NCBI GenBank assembly: GCA_964016885.1
Contig: OZ024742.1
Coordinates: 193,564,001-193,628,000 of the forward strand
Origin: Eledone cirrhosa
Lineage: Eukaryota
Length of the DNA stretch: 64,000 bases
Direction of reading: 5' to 3'
Program-made: the position numbers and the translations under genes
Shown: positions 16,155 to 30,508 of the stretch, one piece after another
Layout: every line of letters starts with the position of its first letter
Numbering within the stretch: the first letter of the stretch is position 1
The notes under the pieces: generated by a model
The model's database searches: none
The model's input: the letters and a program-made list of their open reading frames with translations, nothing else
What the model was told of the DNA's origin: nothing

Positions 16155-17235
16155 AAAACAACAAGAAGTAATATCGGCAGACACAAGGCGGAAGCTCCGA
16201 AGAATATAGAGTGTACATACACTAAAGTATTGCAAAAATATATAATAAAAATAATAAAAATATATAATAAAAATTACTAAGGATGTATATAACATTAAGA
16301 ACCATATTACAAATATAGTCCAAAGCAAAAAGAAACCTAGAGCTAAACAAAGATGGTTATATAGAGCAGGAATTATATATAATACAATGTAATATAATAT
16401 AATATAATATACCTTTACCAACATTAAAATTACAATAAAAATCAAAGGGTACAATATGCATATGTATATATGTGCGCACACGTACACACACATACACATA
16501 CAACAATACACACACCCATCTTCAACTGCACAAATTAAACCTTATTAAGAGTTTGAATATAAAAATAAGCATGATAGGAATGAAAATAATAATAATAATA
16601 ATACTAATACATCTACCCAATATACATGAGGTAATAATATGATATAATTATAAGTAGCACATATAAAAAATAATAAATAATACAATTATATACTATATAA
16701 TAAAATATAATAGAATAGATAATCTCCGGTTAATTTACACAAACAATATAGATGTCACAATAATAATATAATAATGATATACGAACATTTATAATATACA
16801 ATATACTAACATTTATAATAAACAATATATAATGGTACTCAGGTTAACAAATCAATTCATACTGGGTTACAGAATAGGTGAGGAAAAATAAATTGTACAA
16901 TATCCCCCCAAAAATGTTGGTGGTACAAAAGTACAAAAATCTTACATCATATATAAAGTTTAACATATCATAATGTTACATATAAATAACGGTAAGTAAT
17001 AAGGATCAATATTACAATAAAAAATATAATATAATATAATATATTATATAAAATAAATTAACATAATATAATATATAATTACTTATAATTACAAGGTTGG
17101 TAGACAGACATTTATATGGATGAGTGAGTAATTGCCAGACAGTAAATATAATGCACAGTAGTATTACAAATAAAATATAAAATATAAAATATAGAAAAAA
17201 ATAAATAAATAGAATCAACCGGAAATAAAAAAATA

Positions 17236-17977
17236 AAAAAATGTCCCCCCTTCTCATAAATACCATAGTATTTTTAATAAAAATGTTATTAAACTTTCAT
17301 TCTCTACCACCCCTAATATTAGTTCTCATTTAGCTAGCACTAACAATAGGAAGATTAGGGATGGATTCTCCTCTCTACATACTACTAGTCTGAACAGATC
17401 TGGCAATGCATTACCACCAGAACAGTCCTTATCTAATAGCAATCCTACGTGTAATGCATCACCACTTGAGCCAACCAACAACACCCGGAAGTGCAATTAT
17501 AGAGTGAGTGCTAACTGCCCTTTAAACGGTAACTGCCTTTCTAAGAACATTGTCTACGCTTGCGAAGTTATAACTAATTCCTCTAATAGAACTTATATAG
17601 GCTCTACATCTAACACTTTTAAGACTAGGTTTAACTCTCATATCTCTAATTTCAAGCATGTTAAGTTTAAGAATTCTACTTCTTTAGCACATTATATCTG
17701 GGATCTTAAGGGAGCTAATATACCATATAGCCTTAACTGGCGTTTAGTAGCACGCATTAACCACCTTTCTACACATACTAAGTGTTGTAATCTCTGTATT
17801 CTCGAGACACACTCTATAATCTTCTCTAGCGCATCCTTACTTAATAGAAAGTCCGAGATATTCTCTTCTTGCCCCCACGCTATTTCTAATTCATACTTGT
17901 ATTATAAACCTAAACGTTCTAGTCGTACAAATTGTACCCATAAGCTGATATATTCCATTATTTATTTTTTAGTTTAG
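17236..17977 (+). pseudogene. PLE family A linker + GIY-YIG (5'-truncated)
   Basis: CPLNGNCLSKNIVY..TYIGSTSNTFKTRF..CNLCILE..LLNRKSE. Confidence 0.92.
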
Positions 17978-19408
17978 GTTCTTTTGTTTGCCAACATTAT
18001 TATTATCATCATTATTATCATTGGTTTTTGATGACTCTTTATTCTAGCTCTCATAATCTTCTGGCTACTGTACCATATCTATCTTCTTACGCATTACATT
18101 TTCACTATTACACCTTATGAATGTATATAAGATTATATATTTTACGCTATTTATTTTATTTTATTCTTATTTTTATTTTTATTTTTATTCGGATTCTTCT
18201 TTGGAACCCGCCCCTCCCCCCCATGCGCACATAAACTTATTATCAACCCCTCCAAATTGACTATGATTATATTTAACCCCCCCCCCCTTTTACGCTCCTT
18301 TCTATTATGTAATATAGTATATCGACTATATTTTATGCCCCTTTGCATCCTCCATATATTTCTTCATTTCTGTCCCTATCAGCCTACCTTAATTCTGCTT
18401 AAGTCAGTTTTTTAGGTATCGTTATGTATATGATAGTAAAAAAATTTCATTCCTTTTTGTAAACATTTGTAACGAAATATTAACGTTTATAAACTTTAAT
18501 TACTTAAACTATAGCTAATATTATACTGTCTTATTGGATAGTTTAAATATTTTTAATATTAATTTATCAAATAGGGTTTTTGAGTCATTTACAGGGGTTG
18601 TTTCCTTAGTTTTTACTTCACTACTTAACTGCATGTGAGACCTAAATGTATACGTTTGTTTTTGTTTTTTTATTTCCGGTTGATTCTATTTATTTATTTA
18701 TTTTATTCTGTAACCCAATATGAATTGATTTGTTAACCTGAGTACCATTATATATTGTTTATTATAAATGTTAATATATTGTATATTATAAATGTTAGTA
18801 TATCATTATTATATTATTATTGTGACATCTATATTGTTTGTGTAAATTAACCGGAGATTATCTATTCTATTATATTGTATTATATAGTATATAATTGTAT
18901 TATTTATTATTTATTATATGTGCTACTTATAATTATATCATATTATTACCCCATGTATATTGGGTAGATGTATTAGTATTATTATTATTATTATTTTTAT
19001 ATTCAAACTCTTAATAAGGTTTAATTTGTGCAGTTGAAGATTAATGTGTGTATTGTCGTATGTGTATGTGTGTGTACGTGTGCGCACATATATACATATG
19101 CATATTGTACCTTTTGATTTTTATTGTAATTTTAATGTTGGCAAAGGTATATTATATTATATTATATTATATTACATTGTATTATATATAATTCCTGCTC
19201 TATATAACCACCTTTGTTTATCTCTAGTTTTTTTTTCCTTTGGACTATATTTGTAATATGGTTCTTAATGTTATATACATCCTTAGTAATTTTTATTATA
19301 TATTTTTATTATTTTTATTATATATTTTTGCAATACTTTAGTGTATGTACACTCCATATTCTTCGGATCTTCCGGCTTGTATCTGCCGATATTACTTCTT
19401 GTTGTTTT

Positions 19409-19454
19409 AATTGCCCTGATGAGTCCTTAATAGGACGAAACATTGTCGGCTAAT
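19409..19454 (+). ncRNA. Minimal type I hammerhead (family A)
   Basis: gcc-CTGATGA(19416)-gtcct(taat)aggac-GAAA-cattg-TC-ggc; predicted cleavage after C19447; AATAAA follows. Confidence 0.88.
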
Positions 19455-19675
19455 AAAGACTTTTGATTTATTGAAGGCTTCTTTGTTTTACTCTCTTAAT
19501 TTTTCGGCTCTGTTTAACTACATTGAGCTATACCTTTTACTGTCTTTTCTATAATACGAAGAGGGTGTTTAACTCCAACACGCTCCAGTATTTTAACCCT
19601 TGTCACTGCTCCCGATCGGTTGAACTTCCTCATATATACTGGTATTTTGGCCTTTATATATATATATCTGACAGT

Positions 19676-22330
19676 ATGCTAACAAAGAGTTACCTGCCTT
19701 TATCTCTGAAGAATATTCCCACCCCCTCTAAGAATACTTACGAAAAACTATTGATAGCTAGATTTAACTCCTTTGTAAAAAGGATTAGATGGCGTGCTTT
19801 CCACTATGATAATAATAAGAATAGGAAGGATCCCAGGAATAGAACTAATTTTAATAACTACGGCTTCAAAACTTATAAGAGCCCACCACACAATATTCTG
19901 TTAGATAGTTTTGAAAGTGACTTACTCTCTCTTGTCAAAAATATTAGGTATAGGCCAAATAATAGACATAGAAATTATAATAATTTTGATAAGTTCCAGT
20001 CTAGACTTAAAAATATTGTTAAGGGTTTCGGTGAGAATATGTCCATTCTTGTCCCGGCAGATAAGACTAAGAATCTATACTCCATGGATTATAGTGCTTA
20101 CCGTGACTTTATTTATAAGGAGCTGCATAGAAACTATAAAAAAACTACGCTTGAGAATTTGAACCACATCAATAGTGAGGGCCTTAGAATTGTCTCTGAC
20201 CTCGGGCTCGATAAGTATACCCAGCCATATTACCCTCGAGAACCGAGATTCACTCTTAAGGATCATAAGGTTGATTTTATTAGTAACCCCTCTGTTAGAC
20301 TCATCTGTCCTTCTAAGTCTGATATAGCCATTATCAGTAAAACATTCCTTGACCTTATTATACCAGATGTTAGGGATAAGGTTAATTTTAACCTATGGGG
20401 GAACACTAAGGAAGTTATAGATTGGTTCTCCGGGATTAATAGACTTGAATCTAATAAGTTTATCCAATTCGATATTGATGCCTACTATACATCAATTTCA
20501 CCCATCCTCCTCAATAAAGCTTTAATGTTGGCCATGAGAGTGTCCAGCCTTACACGATCACAGGTAGATATTATACTAGCAGCCCGTAAAACTATTATTA
20601 AATTTGAGGACACATTTTGGACCCGTAAAAACACGCCCAATAATTTCGACGTTACAATGGGTTCGAGTGATTCGGCCCAGGTTACTGATCTTGTTGGGTT
20701 GTTCCTCCTTAATGAACTATATGCTACCTTCCCGCACCTCATAGGCGGACTATATCGTGATGATGCATTGTTTGTAATTAACCCTAGCACCAACAACGTA
20801 GAACATAATAAGAAGAAGCTTTATAAGTTTTTAAAAGCTATAACCTTTCGATCACGATAGATAGAAATGATAGAGCGGTTAACTTTTAGATGTGACTTTG
20901 GACTTGCTCACTAATAGTTTTAAACTCTTCCATAAGCCTAATGAAATACTTTCTGATGTTAGTCCCAATTCTAACCACCCCAAGTCTATGATAAGCTCTA
21001 TAATTAAGGGTGTATCTAATAGGATTTCCACACTCTCTAAGGACGTAGGAACATTCAATGAACATGCGGAGTACTATAATAATGCCCTAGCAAATTCAGG
21101 TTACTCTAGTAAAATACACTATAATAATAGTAACCTTAGAAAGTCTCCGTCTACTTTTAATAATAATAACATAATATCACATAACATGGCCATGAAGGGG
21201 AGTAGCAAACATAGTAACCGTAAAAATTATATAGGCGTATCTGAACCCATCCATAAGTTAACCCACCGGACTCGTAATAGTGAATATAATACCTCTAGGA
21301 AACAAGTTGAACCCCCTGAGCGCTCACACATTGGTGATAATTTTGCTGGATCTTATTCTAATAATGTTGCTCCTACTGATTCTATCATTGGCCCTAATCC
21401 TTATGATGGGATTCCGGACAGCAGCAGATCTAATAGACTTAATGAAATTTTGGCTGATTCTATGAATGCGGCTTTAACTAATCCTTGTAGTAACCCTAGT
21501 CTCGATGGTGGGATATTTGATAATGGTAGAGTCGGTAAGAATAAACATAGAAGGCGATTAAATACTTATTTTAACCCGCCATATAATCAGGAAGTATCAA
21601 CTAATATCCCTAGGTCTTTCTTCTCTATCTTAGAGAAAAATGTCCCCCCTTCTCATAAATACCATAGTATTTTTAATAAAAATGTTATTAAACTTTCATT
21701 CTCTACCACCCCTAATATTAGTTCTCATTTAGCTAGTACTAACAATAGGAAAATTAGGGATGGATTCTCCTCTCTACATACTACTAGTCTGAACAGATCT
21801 GGCAATGCATTACCACCAGAACAGTCCTTATCTAATAGCAATGCTACGTGTAATGCATCACCACTTGAGCCAACCAACAACACCCGGAAGTTCAATTGTA
21901 GAGTGAGTGCTAACTGCCCTTTAAACGGTAACTGCCTTTCTAAGAACATTGTCTACGCTTGCGAAGTTATAACTAATTCCTCTAATAGAACTTATATAGG
22001 CTCTACATCTAACACTTTTAAGACTAGGTTTAACTCTCATATCTCTAATTTCAAGCATGTTAAGTTTAAGAATTCTAATTCTTTAGCACGTTATATCTGG
22101 GATCTTAAGGGAGCTAATATACCATATAGCCTTAACTGGCGTTTAGTAGCACGCACTAACCACCTTTCTACACACCACTAAGTTTTGTAATCTCTGTATC
22201 CTCGAGACACACTCTATAATCTTCTCTAGCGCATCCTTACTTAATAGAAAGTCCGAGATATTCTCTTCTTGCCCCCACGCTATTTCTGATTCATACTTTT
22301 ATTATAAACCTAAACGTTCTAGTAATACAA
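19676..22330 (+). pseudogene. PLE family A polyprotein (RT + GIY-YIG), three small frameshifts
   Basis: ATG 19676, SLKNIP, ADKT, TLKDHK, FDIDAYYTSI, MGSSDS, GLYRDD, LDVTLD, YFNPPY, CPLNGNC, YIGST. Confidence 0.95.
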
Positions 22331-23587
22331 ATTGTACCCATTAGCTGATATATTCCATTATTTATTTTTTAGTTTAGGTTCTTTTGTTTGCCAACATTAT
22401 TATTATCATCATTATTATCATTGGTTTTTGATGACTCTTTATTCTAGCTCTCATAATCTTCTGGCTACTGTACCATATCTATCTTCTTACGCATTAAATT
22501 TTCACTATTACACCTTATGAATGTATATAAGATTATATATTTTACGCTATTTATTTTATTTTATTCTTATTTTTATTTTTATTTTTATTCGGATTCTTCT
22601 TTGGAAATCCCCCCCCCCCACTTCCCCCCATGCGCACATAAACTTATTATCAACCCCTCCAAATTGACTATGATTATATTTAACCCCCCCCCTCTTTTAC
22701 GCTTCTTTCTATTATGTAATATAGTATATCGACTATTTTTTATTGTAATATTGATCCTTATTACTTACCGTTAATTATATGTAACATTATGATATGTTAA
22801 ACTTTATATATCATGTAAGATGTTTGTACTTTTGTACCACCAACATTTTTTTGGGGGTATTGTACAATTTATTTTTCCTCACCTATTCTGTAACCCAGTA
22901 TGAATTGATGTATTGTTTATTATAAATGTTAGTATATTGTATATTATAAATGTTAGTATATCATTATTATATTATTATTGTGACATCTATATTGTTTGTG
23001 TAAATTAACCGGAGATTATCTATTCTATTATATTGTATTATATAGTATATAATTGTATTATTTATTATTTATTATATGTGCTACTTATAATTATATCATA
23101 TTATTACCCCATGTATATTGGGTAGATGTATTAGTATTATTATTATTATTATTTTCATTCCTATCATGCTTATTTTTATATTCAAACTCTTAATAAGGTT
23201 TAATTTGTGCAGTTGAAGATGGATGTGTGTATTGTTGTATGTGTATGTGTGTGTACGTGTGCGCACATATATACATATGCATATTGTACCTTTTGATTTT
23301 TGTTGTAATTTTAATGTTGGTAAAGGTATATTATATTATATTATATTATATTACATTGTATTATATATAATTCCTGCTCTGTATAACCACCTTTGTTCAG
23401 CTCTAGGGTTTTTTTGCTTTGGACTATATTTGTAATATGGTTCTTAATGTTATATACATCCTTAGTAATTTTTATTATATATTTTTATTATTTTTATTAT
23501 ATATTTGTGCAATACTTTAGTGTATGTACACTCCATATTCTTTGGAGCTTCCGCCTTGTGTCTGCCGATATTACTTCTTGTTGTTTT

Positions 23588-23633
23588 AATTGCCCTGATG
23601 AGTCCTTAATAGGACGAAACATTGTCGGCTAAT
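23588..23633 (+). ncRNA. Minimal type I hammerhead (family A, 3' pLTR)
   Basis: Identical core to 19409-19454, CTGATGA at 23595. Confidence 0.88.
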
Positions 23634-23777
23634 AAAGACTTTTGATGTATTGAAGGCTTCTTTGTTTTACTCTCTTAATTTTTCGGCTCTGTTTAACTAC
23701 ATTGAGCTATACCTTTTACTGTCATTTCTATAATACGAAGAGGGTGTTTAACTCCAACACGCTCCAGTATTTTAACT

Positions 23778-23844
<67 letters not shown>

Positions 23845-23845
23845 T

Positions 23846-23914
<69 letters not shown>

Positions 23915-23986
23915 TTATATATATATATATACATTCATATATATCCATATCTATATATATACACACACACATATATATATATATAC

Positions 23987-26900
23987 TGGAAAAAAACATT
24001 CGAGCTATCACCCAGCACCACCCTCCACTATCACCCCACTGCACAAACTCCCATTGCAGCCATTAACAAACAAACAAATTAACAACACACCAAAACAATT
24101 AAAACCATCCACTCTCGCCTCTACATTTTTGCTTAACGCCCAAGGCATCAGCCCTTCAACCAATACTCAAAAATGGAAGATCAAATTCCTGGAGGACTGG
24201 ATTGATGTCCATCCAAACCACATCCCTTTCTTCGTCCTCACTGAAACCCATCTCAGTAACCTCCACTTGGAAGCCGAGGTGAAAGTGAAAAATTTCAAAG
24301 CCATCCGTGCTGATCGCGCTGGCAGAAGAAAGGGCGGAACTGCCATTTATGTCCATAATTCTTTCTCAACAGAGGCTATGAACATATTCACTAATGGATA
24401 CTGTGAGGCAGTCACTGTATTCAGTCAAACCAACAACCTATTAGTAGTTGGGCTCTATAGGCCACCCCAAACGCCTGTACCATGCTTCAAGGAATGCCTC
24501 AACAGCATAAAGTGTTTCATCCAAGAGTGTCACCCTGACAACATCTTAATGATGGGGGACTTCAACCTCCCCGGAGTTGACTGGTCCACAAACACCCTGC
24601 CACCAGGTTCTTCTGCCTCAACCTCTGACAGGGAAGCTGTGGAATCGCTTCTTGACTTCATGGATGATTTCTTCCTATCCCAACTAGTGCTCGAACCAAC
24701 GAGGTGCCACAAAAACGTCCTAGACTTAATTTTCAGCAATCACACTGACAATATCCACAATATTGCAGTGGAGAAAACTCTACTCTCTGATCATGACATG
24801 GTTCTCTGTGATCTGAGATTCCACCGTCCAATATACAAACCCAATGTCATCTCTCCTGTCCATCCGTTTGACGCTATGGATTTCCACAATGCAAACTGGG
24901 AAGCGATCAGTCATGATCTTGCACATGTCGACTGGTCCTTCACGCACACTCATACACCCACTAACATCAAAAAGTCCTGGCAGACATTTGTGGACACTGT
25001 TACAAACATATGTGCTAAACACACCCCATTAAGAACTATAAACAAATCTAAGAGCAGAATCCCTAGAAATAGAAAAACGCTCATCAGAAAAATTAAGAGA
25101 ACGAACAAAAAAATCAACAAGCTGAAATACTGTCAGCAGCAACACATCAACTTGACTGCCATTTCATCACTAGAGATTAAAAAACATAACCTCCAAAACA
25201 ACATAATGTCCCTCATCAACAATCAGAGAAGAGCTGAAGAGGCCTGGGCCATTGAGAAGATCAAACTCAATCCCAAAGTGTTCTTTTCATTTGCAAAAAA
25301 ACACAAAATCACTGGCTCTACTGTTGGCCCTCTAATTGATGAAAATGGCACTCTTCAAGACAATGCTAAAACCATGGGTGAGATACTGCAGAAACAATAC
25401 TGCTCTGTTTTCAGCAATCCTGATATGGCCGATCTGGGCTGTATCGGCGATGTTACTCCCCGTTACACCTTATCGGACATAACGTTTGGCGCCCCTGATG
25501 TCTTGGCGGCAATAAAGGAAATCAAGCATAATTCAGCAGTAGGTCCCGATAGGTTCCCTGCTTGTGTCTTGAAGGCGTGTCAACACCAACTTGCTTCTCC
25601 TCTTGCCAATCTGTGGCGGAACTCACTGGATGCTGGATATGTGCCAGAAAACCTTCTATCCCAGTCTGTTGTCCCAGTTTTCAAAAAGGGAAACAAATCC
25701 CTTGCCGTGAATTACCGTCCAATCTCACTCACCTCTCATATCATTAAGGTATTTGAGCGAGTGGTGAGATCGCGAATGACCCACTTCCTTGAGAGTAACA
25801 ATATGCTGAACTCCAACCAGCATGGATTCCGTAATGGAAGGGATTGCCTGACGCAACTACTGCATCACTTTGATGACATTTTGAGAGCCTTGGGAGAGGG
25901 TTCCAACACTGATGTTATCTACCTTGATTTCAGCAAGGCCTTTGACAGGGTTGATCATAACATTCTACTGAGAAAGCTGTCCAATATTGGTGTCACTGGA
26001 AAGCTGCTGCAGTGGATCAAGAGCTTCCTGTCAAACAGAACCCAACATGTTGTAGTTGAGGGAGTCAAATCAAGCCCAGCCAAAGTCAGTAGTGGAGTCC
26101 CACAAGGCACTGTGTTGGGCCCACTTCTCTTCATCATCTATATTAATGACATCACTGACATCATCAAACACAGCAACATTAAAATTTTCGCTGATGATTC
26201 CAAGCTCCAAAAGGTCATCAATGGCGTGGATGACCGGATAAGCCTTCAGTCAGACCTACTGGCTGTTACCCAATGGGCAGAAAAGAACAACATGTTACTG
26301 AACGAAGACAAATTCGATCTGATCCACTTTGGAAAAGAGGATGCTCTGAAACTCCCGTACTCCCTTCCCTCCGGGGAAACTCTCGTGGCATCTAACAACA
26401 TCAGAGACTTGGGAGTAACCGTGGACAGCAACATAAGCTGGACCACGCATATAAGCAGCAAAGTTGACATGGCCCGCAGAATGTGTTCCTGGATCCTCAG
26501 AACCTTCCAGTCGAGAGATTCCCGCACCATTATCCTTCTCTTCTCTACTTTCGCCCGACCACACCTTGAATACTGTTGTCCACTGTGGTCTCCCCACACG
26601 AAACAAAGTATCATGAAACTTGAAGCTCCTCAAAGGGCAATCACGAAAAAGATAGATGGCATGTCAGACCTTGACTACTGGGGTCGATTGGAAAACCTGA
26701 AACTTTACTCACTCCAACGTCGCCGTGAGCGTTATATTATCTGCATGATGTGGAAAATGTTCCATCATCACTGCCCAAATGATGTTGGCATCGCCTTCAA
26801 GATACACCCAAGGCTTGGGCCCCGTGCTATCCGTCCCATTCAAAAATCTAAATCGCAACTCATAACAACAATACGGCACAATTATTTCACCTCAATCGGC

Positions 26901-27158
26901 CCTGCTCTCTTCAACATCACACCAGGACACGTCAAAACAGAAACTGACCACACAAAATTCAAGAAGTCTTTGGACAAATTCCTCCAAGTAATCCCGGACA
27001 AACCACCCACACCCGGATATGTCTCCGCAAACAGTAATTCTCTTCTCGAATGGGCCATGGTGCCCAAATCCTGAATTGAAAGACTTCGCCAGGTGGTGCT
27101 ATTAAGTTAGACATGGCCTGGGCCAATACTGGCCAAAACATTTCAAAGTTATTCAAAG

Positions 27159-27160
<2 letters not shown>
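23987..27160 (+). mobile_element. CR1/L2-group non-LTR retrotransposon, ORF1 absent, inserted in (TA)n
   Basis: APE+RT ORF, ~86-bp 3' UTR ending in a repeated ttcaaagtta; TA-rich tracts both sides. Confidence 0.92.
24129..27074 (+). CDS. LINE ORF2: apurinic-like endonuclease + reverse transcriptase, no stops or frameshifts (start codon not identified)
   Basis: LLNAQG, LTETHL, LYRPP, MGDFN, SDHD; [41 protein letters not shown]. Confidence 0.93.
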   Translation: MLNAQGISPSTNTQKWKIKFLEDWIDVHPNHIPFFVLTETHLSNLHLEAEVKVKNFKAIRADRAGRRKGGTAIYVHNSFSTEAMNIFTNGYCEAVTVFSQTNNLLVVGLYRPPQTPVPCFKECLNSIKCFIQECHPDNILMMGDFNLPGVDWSTNTLPPGSSASTSDREAVESLLDFMDDFFLSQLVLEPTRCHKNVLDLIFSNHTDNIHNIAVEKTLLSDHDMVLCDLRFHRPIYKPNVISPVHPFDAMDFHNANWEAISHDLAHVDWSFTHTHTPTNIKKSWQTFVDTVTNICAKHTPLRTINKSKSRIPRNRKTLIRKIKRTNKKINKLKYCQQQHINLTAISSLEIKKHNLQNNIMSLINNQRRAEEAWAIEKIKLNPKVFFSFAKKHKITGSTVGPLIDENGTLQDNAKTMGEILQKQYCSVFSNPDMADLGCIGDVTPRYTLSDITFGAPDVLAAIKEIKHNSAVGPDRFPACVLKACQHQLASPLANLWRNSLDAGYVPENLLSQSVVPVFKKGNKSLAVNYRPISLTSHIIKVFERVVRSRMTHFLESNNMLNSNQHGFRNGRDCLTQLLHHFDDILRALGEGSNTDVIYLDFSKAFDRVDHNILLRKLSNIGVTGKLLQWIKSFLSNRTQHVVVEGVKSSPAKVSSGVPQGTVLGPLLFIIYINDITDIIKHSNIKIFADDSKLQKVINGVDDRISLQSDLLAVTQWAEKNNMLLNEDKFDLIHFGKEDALKLPYSLPSGETLVASNNIRDLGVTVDSNISWTTHISSKVDMARRMCSWILRTFQSRDSRTIILLFSTFARPHLEYCCPLWSPHTKQSIMKLEAPQRAITKKIDGMSDLDYWGRLENLKLYSLQRRRERYIICMMWKMFHHHCPNDVGIAFKIHPRLGPRAIRPIQKSKSQLITTIRHNYFTSIGPALFNITPGHVKTETDHTKFKKSLDKFLQVIPDKPPTPGYVSANSNSLLEWAMVPKS

Positions 27161-27250
<90 letters not shown>

Positions 27251-27282
27251 TTACGTATATAAATATTTATATATATATATAT

Positions 27283-27649
27283 TTCGTTTTGCAAGATTTC
27301 TTAAAAGAAATCGTGTGTTGAAATATATGCTGTTATATTCTGAGAGGGTCCTGCTGACATTAAAGACACACGCAACTGTCGGTTTTCACTTCAAGTTAAT
27401 ATAAATTACCCGTTGGTTGCTTCGATAATCGGATGGTTCTTTATATATCGTGAAAGGTCTTTCATCACGCATTCTGTGACATTCTCATTGACTAGGTTTT
27501 TAATTTGTGTCTCTTCTTTAATTTGTCTATCTGTCCTACTTCATCTAGTTTTGTGTGTATTGTACTTAGTTTGTTCATGCGTTACACCTGTGTGTGTGTG
27601 TATGTATGTGCGTGTGTGTGTGTGTGTGTGTATGTGTGTGTGTGTGTGT

Positions 27650-27693
<44 letters not shown>

Positions 27694-28270
27694 ATTTATT
27701 TATTTAGGTGTTTATTTACTTGTCACTACTTGGTTGTTTGTTCTATCTGTGTCTGATTTATTTTGTAATGATGGTTTTTCTGTGTGTCTGTATGATTTCG
27801 TTTTGTCCGTAATTATTAATTGCGATGTTGCTATTCCACTCATGTTTTCTGTTTAATCTTGGTTCGAGTTCGTTTATGTTTGTCGCCTCTGTGATTTGTC
27901 AGAGTATTTCATATTTTCTGTGTGTAGATATAATTTGTATCTCTATATTCTCTAATGTGCCCCTATGTTCTGTTTTGGCATGTTGGTGGTGTACTAATGA
28001 GACATTCCCATCTTGGAGTTCTCGCAAGTGTTCACTTATCCTTTCTGCTATACTACGAGCTCTTTCACCTATGTATGTTATGTTCTTATTCCTACACTGG
28101 CCCTCAGTACATCTTATGCTATATACTACGTTCCTAGTTTTGCAGTTAGTTTTTCACAACCATAGACTCGTTCTTGGTCTTATTAGTGATATAAAGCATT
28201 TTTTTAGTCTGTATTCTGTTACAGTACTTCTTAAGTTTCTTTCTGACAACTCTTCTCCATGTGTCTGAGG
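27283..28270 (-). mobile_element. PLE family C-related 3' fragment (GIY-YIG ~27830-28200)
   Basis: Minus translation CKTRNVVYSIRCTEGQC..TYIGESSRSIAERI..LNRKHEW; 3' end similar to 14733-14770. Confidence 0.85.
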
Positions 28271-28645
28271 AGTGATCCAAGGTTTGGCTTCTACTGCAAA
28301 GTTGTACTTTGGGACAGTTCAACAGATACTAGTACCCGAGTGGTTAGGATGGTCCTAAGCCATTATATTTAGGTTCTCCACTGTGCTCTAGTTGTCTTCA
28401 TCCAGCTTCGTATATTGGATTTGAGGGGAGATTTGTCCGTTCAAATGAATGCATAACATTACTTCTGTACTTGTTTATACGAACTACCTTTATACTGCAG
28501 CTCCCCTTGCGACTTGTTGTATTCTCATGCGGTGCAACTGGTATGTCCTGACATTTAAGTTTTATCAGTTAGCATATTAATATATAGTGACCCAAAATGT
28601 GCACAGGCCCGTTTTCTTGTTTAGTAATTCTCTCTCTCTATATAT

Positions 28646-28845
28646 ATAATTAATATAGAAATGGCTTCTACAGGAATAGAACTGTTTCATTCGGAGTAAA
28701 TCATCAGGCTTTTCTGATGATTTCCTCTGAACGAAACAGTTATAGTCCCGTAGAAGCCATTTCTGTATTAATTATTTATAATCTGTTATATATTGAGTAC
28801 CTTAATTACTGTGGTTACCCCCGATTGAAACCGGGATGAACATAT
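28646..28845. repeat. Head-to-head inverted pair of hammerhead-bearing pLTR ends
   Basis: Arms 28646-28707 and 28714-28775; each begins at CTGATGA and has GAAA-cag-TT; 6-bp spacer; relative at 63886-64000. Confidence 0.8.
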
Positions 28846-28914
28846 ATATATATAAATGGAAAAAATGAAACGAAATTTCATTTCTCACTCTTAATACGGC
28901 TGTTACTTAAATAT

Positions 28915-29456
28915 AAGTATTTATACGTACATACATATATGTATACAGACGTACAGTAGTATGTATATATATATATACATACATGCACACATATATATAC
29001 ATGTACGTATGTGTTTACCGAACATTTATTATATTGCTCGGTTTGCTTGTAAACAAGCAGCCCGAATTAAGCTGTCCAGTGTTTAGCAACCATCGTTGCC
29101 CTTTTGTTCAACACTGACAAATGAACGATGTACTAGTTTCAAGCTTATTAGCTATCGTCAGCATCGTATACGTTCCTGCCAGATGATTGAACGTCTGAAA
29201 GTATATACTTTCCTTATGCATATTATCGTGTTCGGTGCGCCCGGCCGACTAACTCACTCGATATGCAAATTAGGCTGCTCAGCCGATGGTTGCCTGAACA
29301 CTGTACGGCGTAATTCGGGGTGTTGGTTTACAAACAAAACGAGCATTATAATAAATTTTCGTTAAACCCATACGTACATATATATATATATGTGTGCATG
29401 TATGTGTATACATATTACTGTACGTCTGCATACATATATGTATGTACGTATACATA

Positions 29457-29460
<4 letters not shown>
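28915..29460. repeat. Diverged inverted repeat (~180-bp arms) with hammerhead in the spacer
   Basis: 28915-29098 vs 29281-29460 reverse complementary with many mismatches; ends in (TA)n. Confidence 0.8.
29125..29167 (-). ncRNA. Canonical minimal type I hammerhead
   Basis: acgatg-CTGACGA-tagct(aata)agctt-GAAA-ctag-TA-catcgt; 6-bp helix I, ACTAGT palindrome. Confidence 0.88.
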
Positions 29461-29547
<87 letters not shown>

Positions 29548-29714
29548 AATTAGTATATCTAGTAACATATATATACACAGATGCATACTTATGTTAGCAA
29601 ATATATAGGTTTTGTCTTAGTAACTATGTGGTTCAATGCATGGGGTTGCAGAACAATAATATGAGAGATGTAAAATAAGAAAATTATAAAATTAACTTAC
29701 TTACTTAAATTTCA

Positions 29715-29794
29715 CTCCCAACTAATTAGTTTCTGAAAGGGATTAAACGTACTATCCGAAGAACGCACGGAGAAGACTTTCGTCATCAGGGAAG
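29715..29794 (-). ncRNA. Type I hammerhead of the 521-bp monomer
   Basis: Reverse complement of 30509-30588. Confidence 0.8.
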
Positions 29795-30508
29795 TCTATT
29801 CTCAGCTAAGTTTCCAGGCAATACGTGGACACAGGTAACTTATACAAAAATAATTCAGTGGATGGAAAAAAGCAAAGCGAGGACTAATTCCAAGCCATTG
29901 ATAAAATCACTGCCTACTGCGTCGGTGGCAAATTCAAAAGAATCAATCACGTGACATCGAGGTCAATCAATGCATAGTGGTTTGTTAGTAAGACAGCAGC
30001 CGTACTGTTACTATAGCAGCAGTCTTGTCCATTTTTGCTCGACAAATAATTTTGGAGATAATTATAAAAATTAGTATATCTAGTAACATATATTATAATT
30101 TTCTTATTTTACGTCTCTCATATTATTGTTCTGCAACCCTATGCATTGAACCACATAGTTACTTAGACAAAACCTATATATTTGCTAACATAAGTATGCA
30201 TCTGTGTATATATATGTTACTAGATATACTATTTTTTTATAATTATCTCCGAAATTATTTGTCGAGCAAAAATGGCCAAGACTGCTGCTATAGTAACAGT
30301 ACGGCTGCTGTCTTACTAAAAAAGCACTATCCACTGACTGGCGTCGATGTCACGTGATTGATTCTTTTGAATTTGCCACCGACGCAGTAGGCAGTGATGT
30401 TATCAATGGGTTGGAATTAGTCCTCGCTTTGCTTTTTCCATCCACTGAATTATTTTTGTATAAGTTCCCTGTGTCCACGTATTGCCTGGAAACTTAGCTG
30501 AGAATAGA

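Larger units (their letters stand above)
16080..23780 (+). mobile_element. PLE family A: inverted pLTR (16080-17235) + 5'-truncated copy (17235-19600) + near full-length copy, flanked by (TA)n
   Basis: 17235-18320 repeats 21636-22740; 18700-19600 repeats 22880-23780 and is inverted at 16080-16880; classic PLE partial-tandem/inverted structure. Confidence 0.95.

Noticed and set aside
19044-19453. Hydrophobic ORFs repeated in family A pLTRs as possible membrane peptides
   Set aside because: T/A-rich composition explains them; frame differs between copies and conservation only reflects recent duplication
23877-23986. N-terminal extension of the 1065-aa ORF
   Set aside because: Start lies in the TA-rich target tract outside the element
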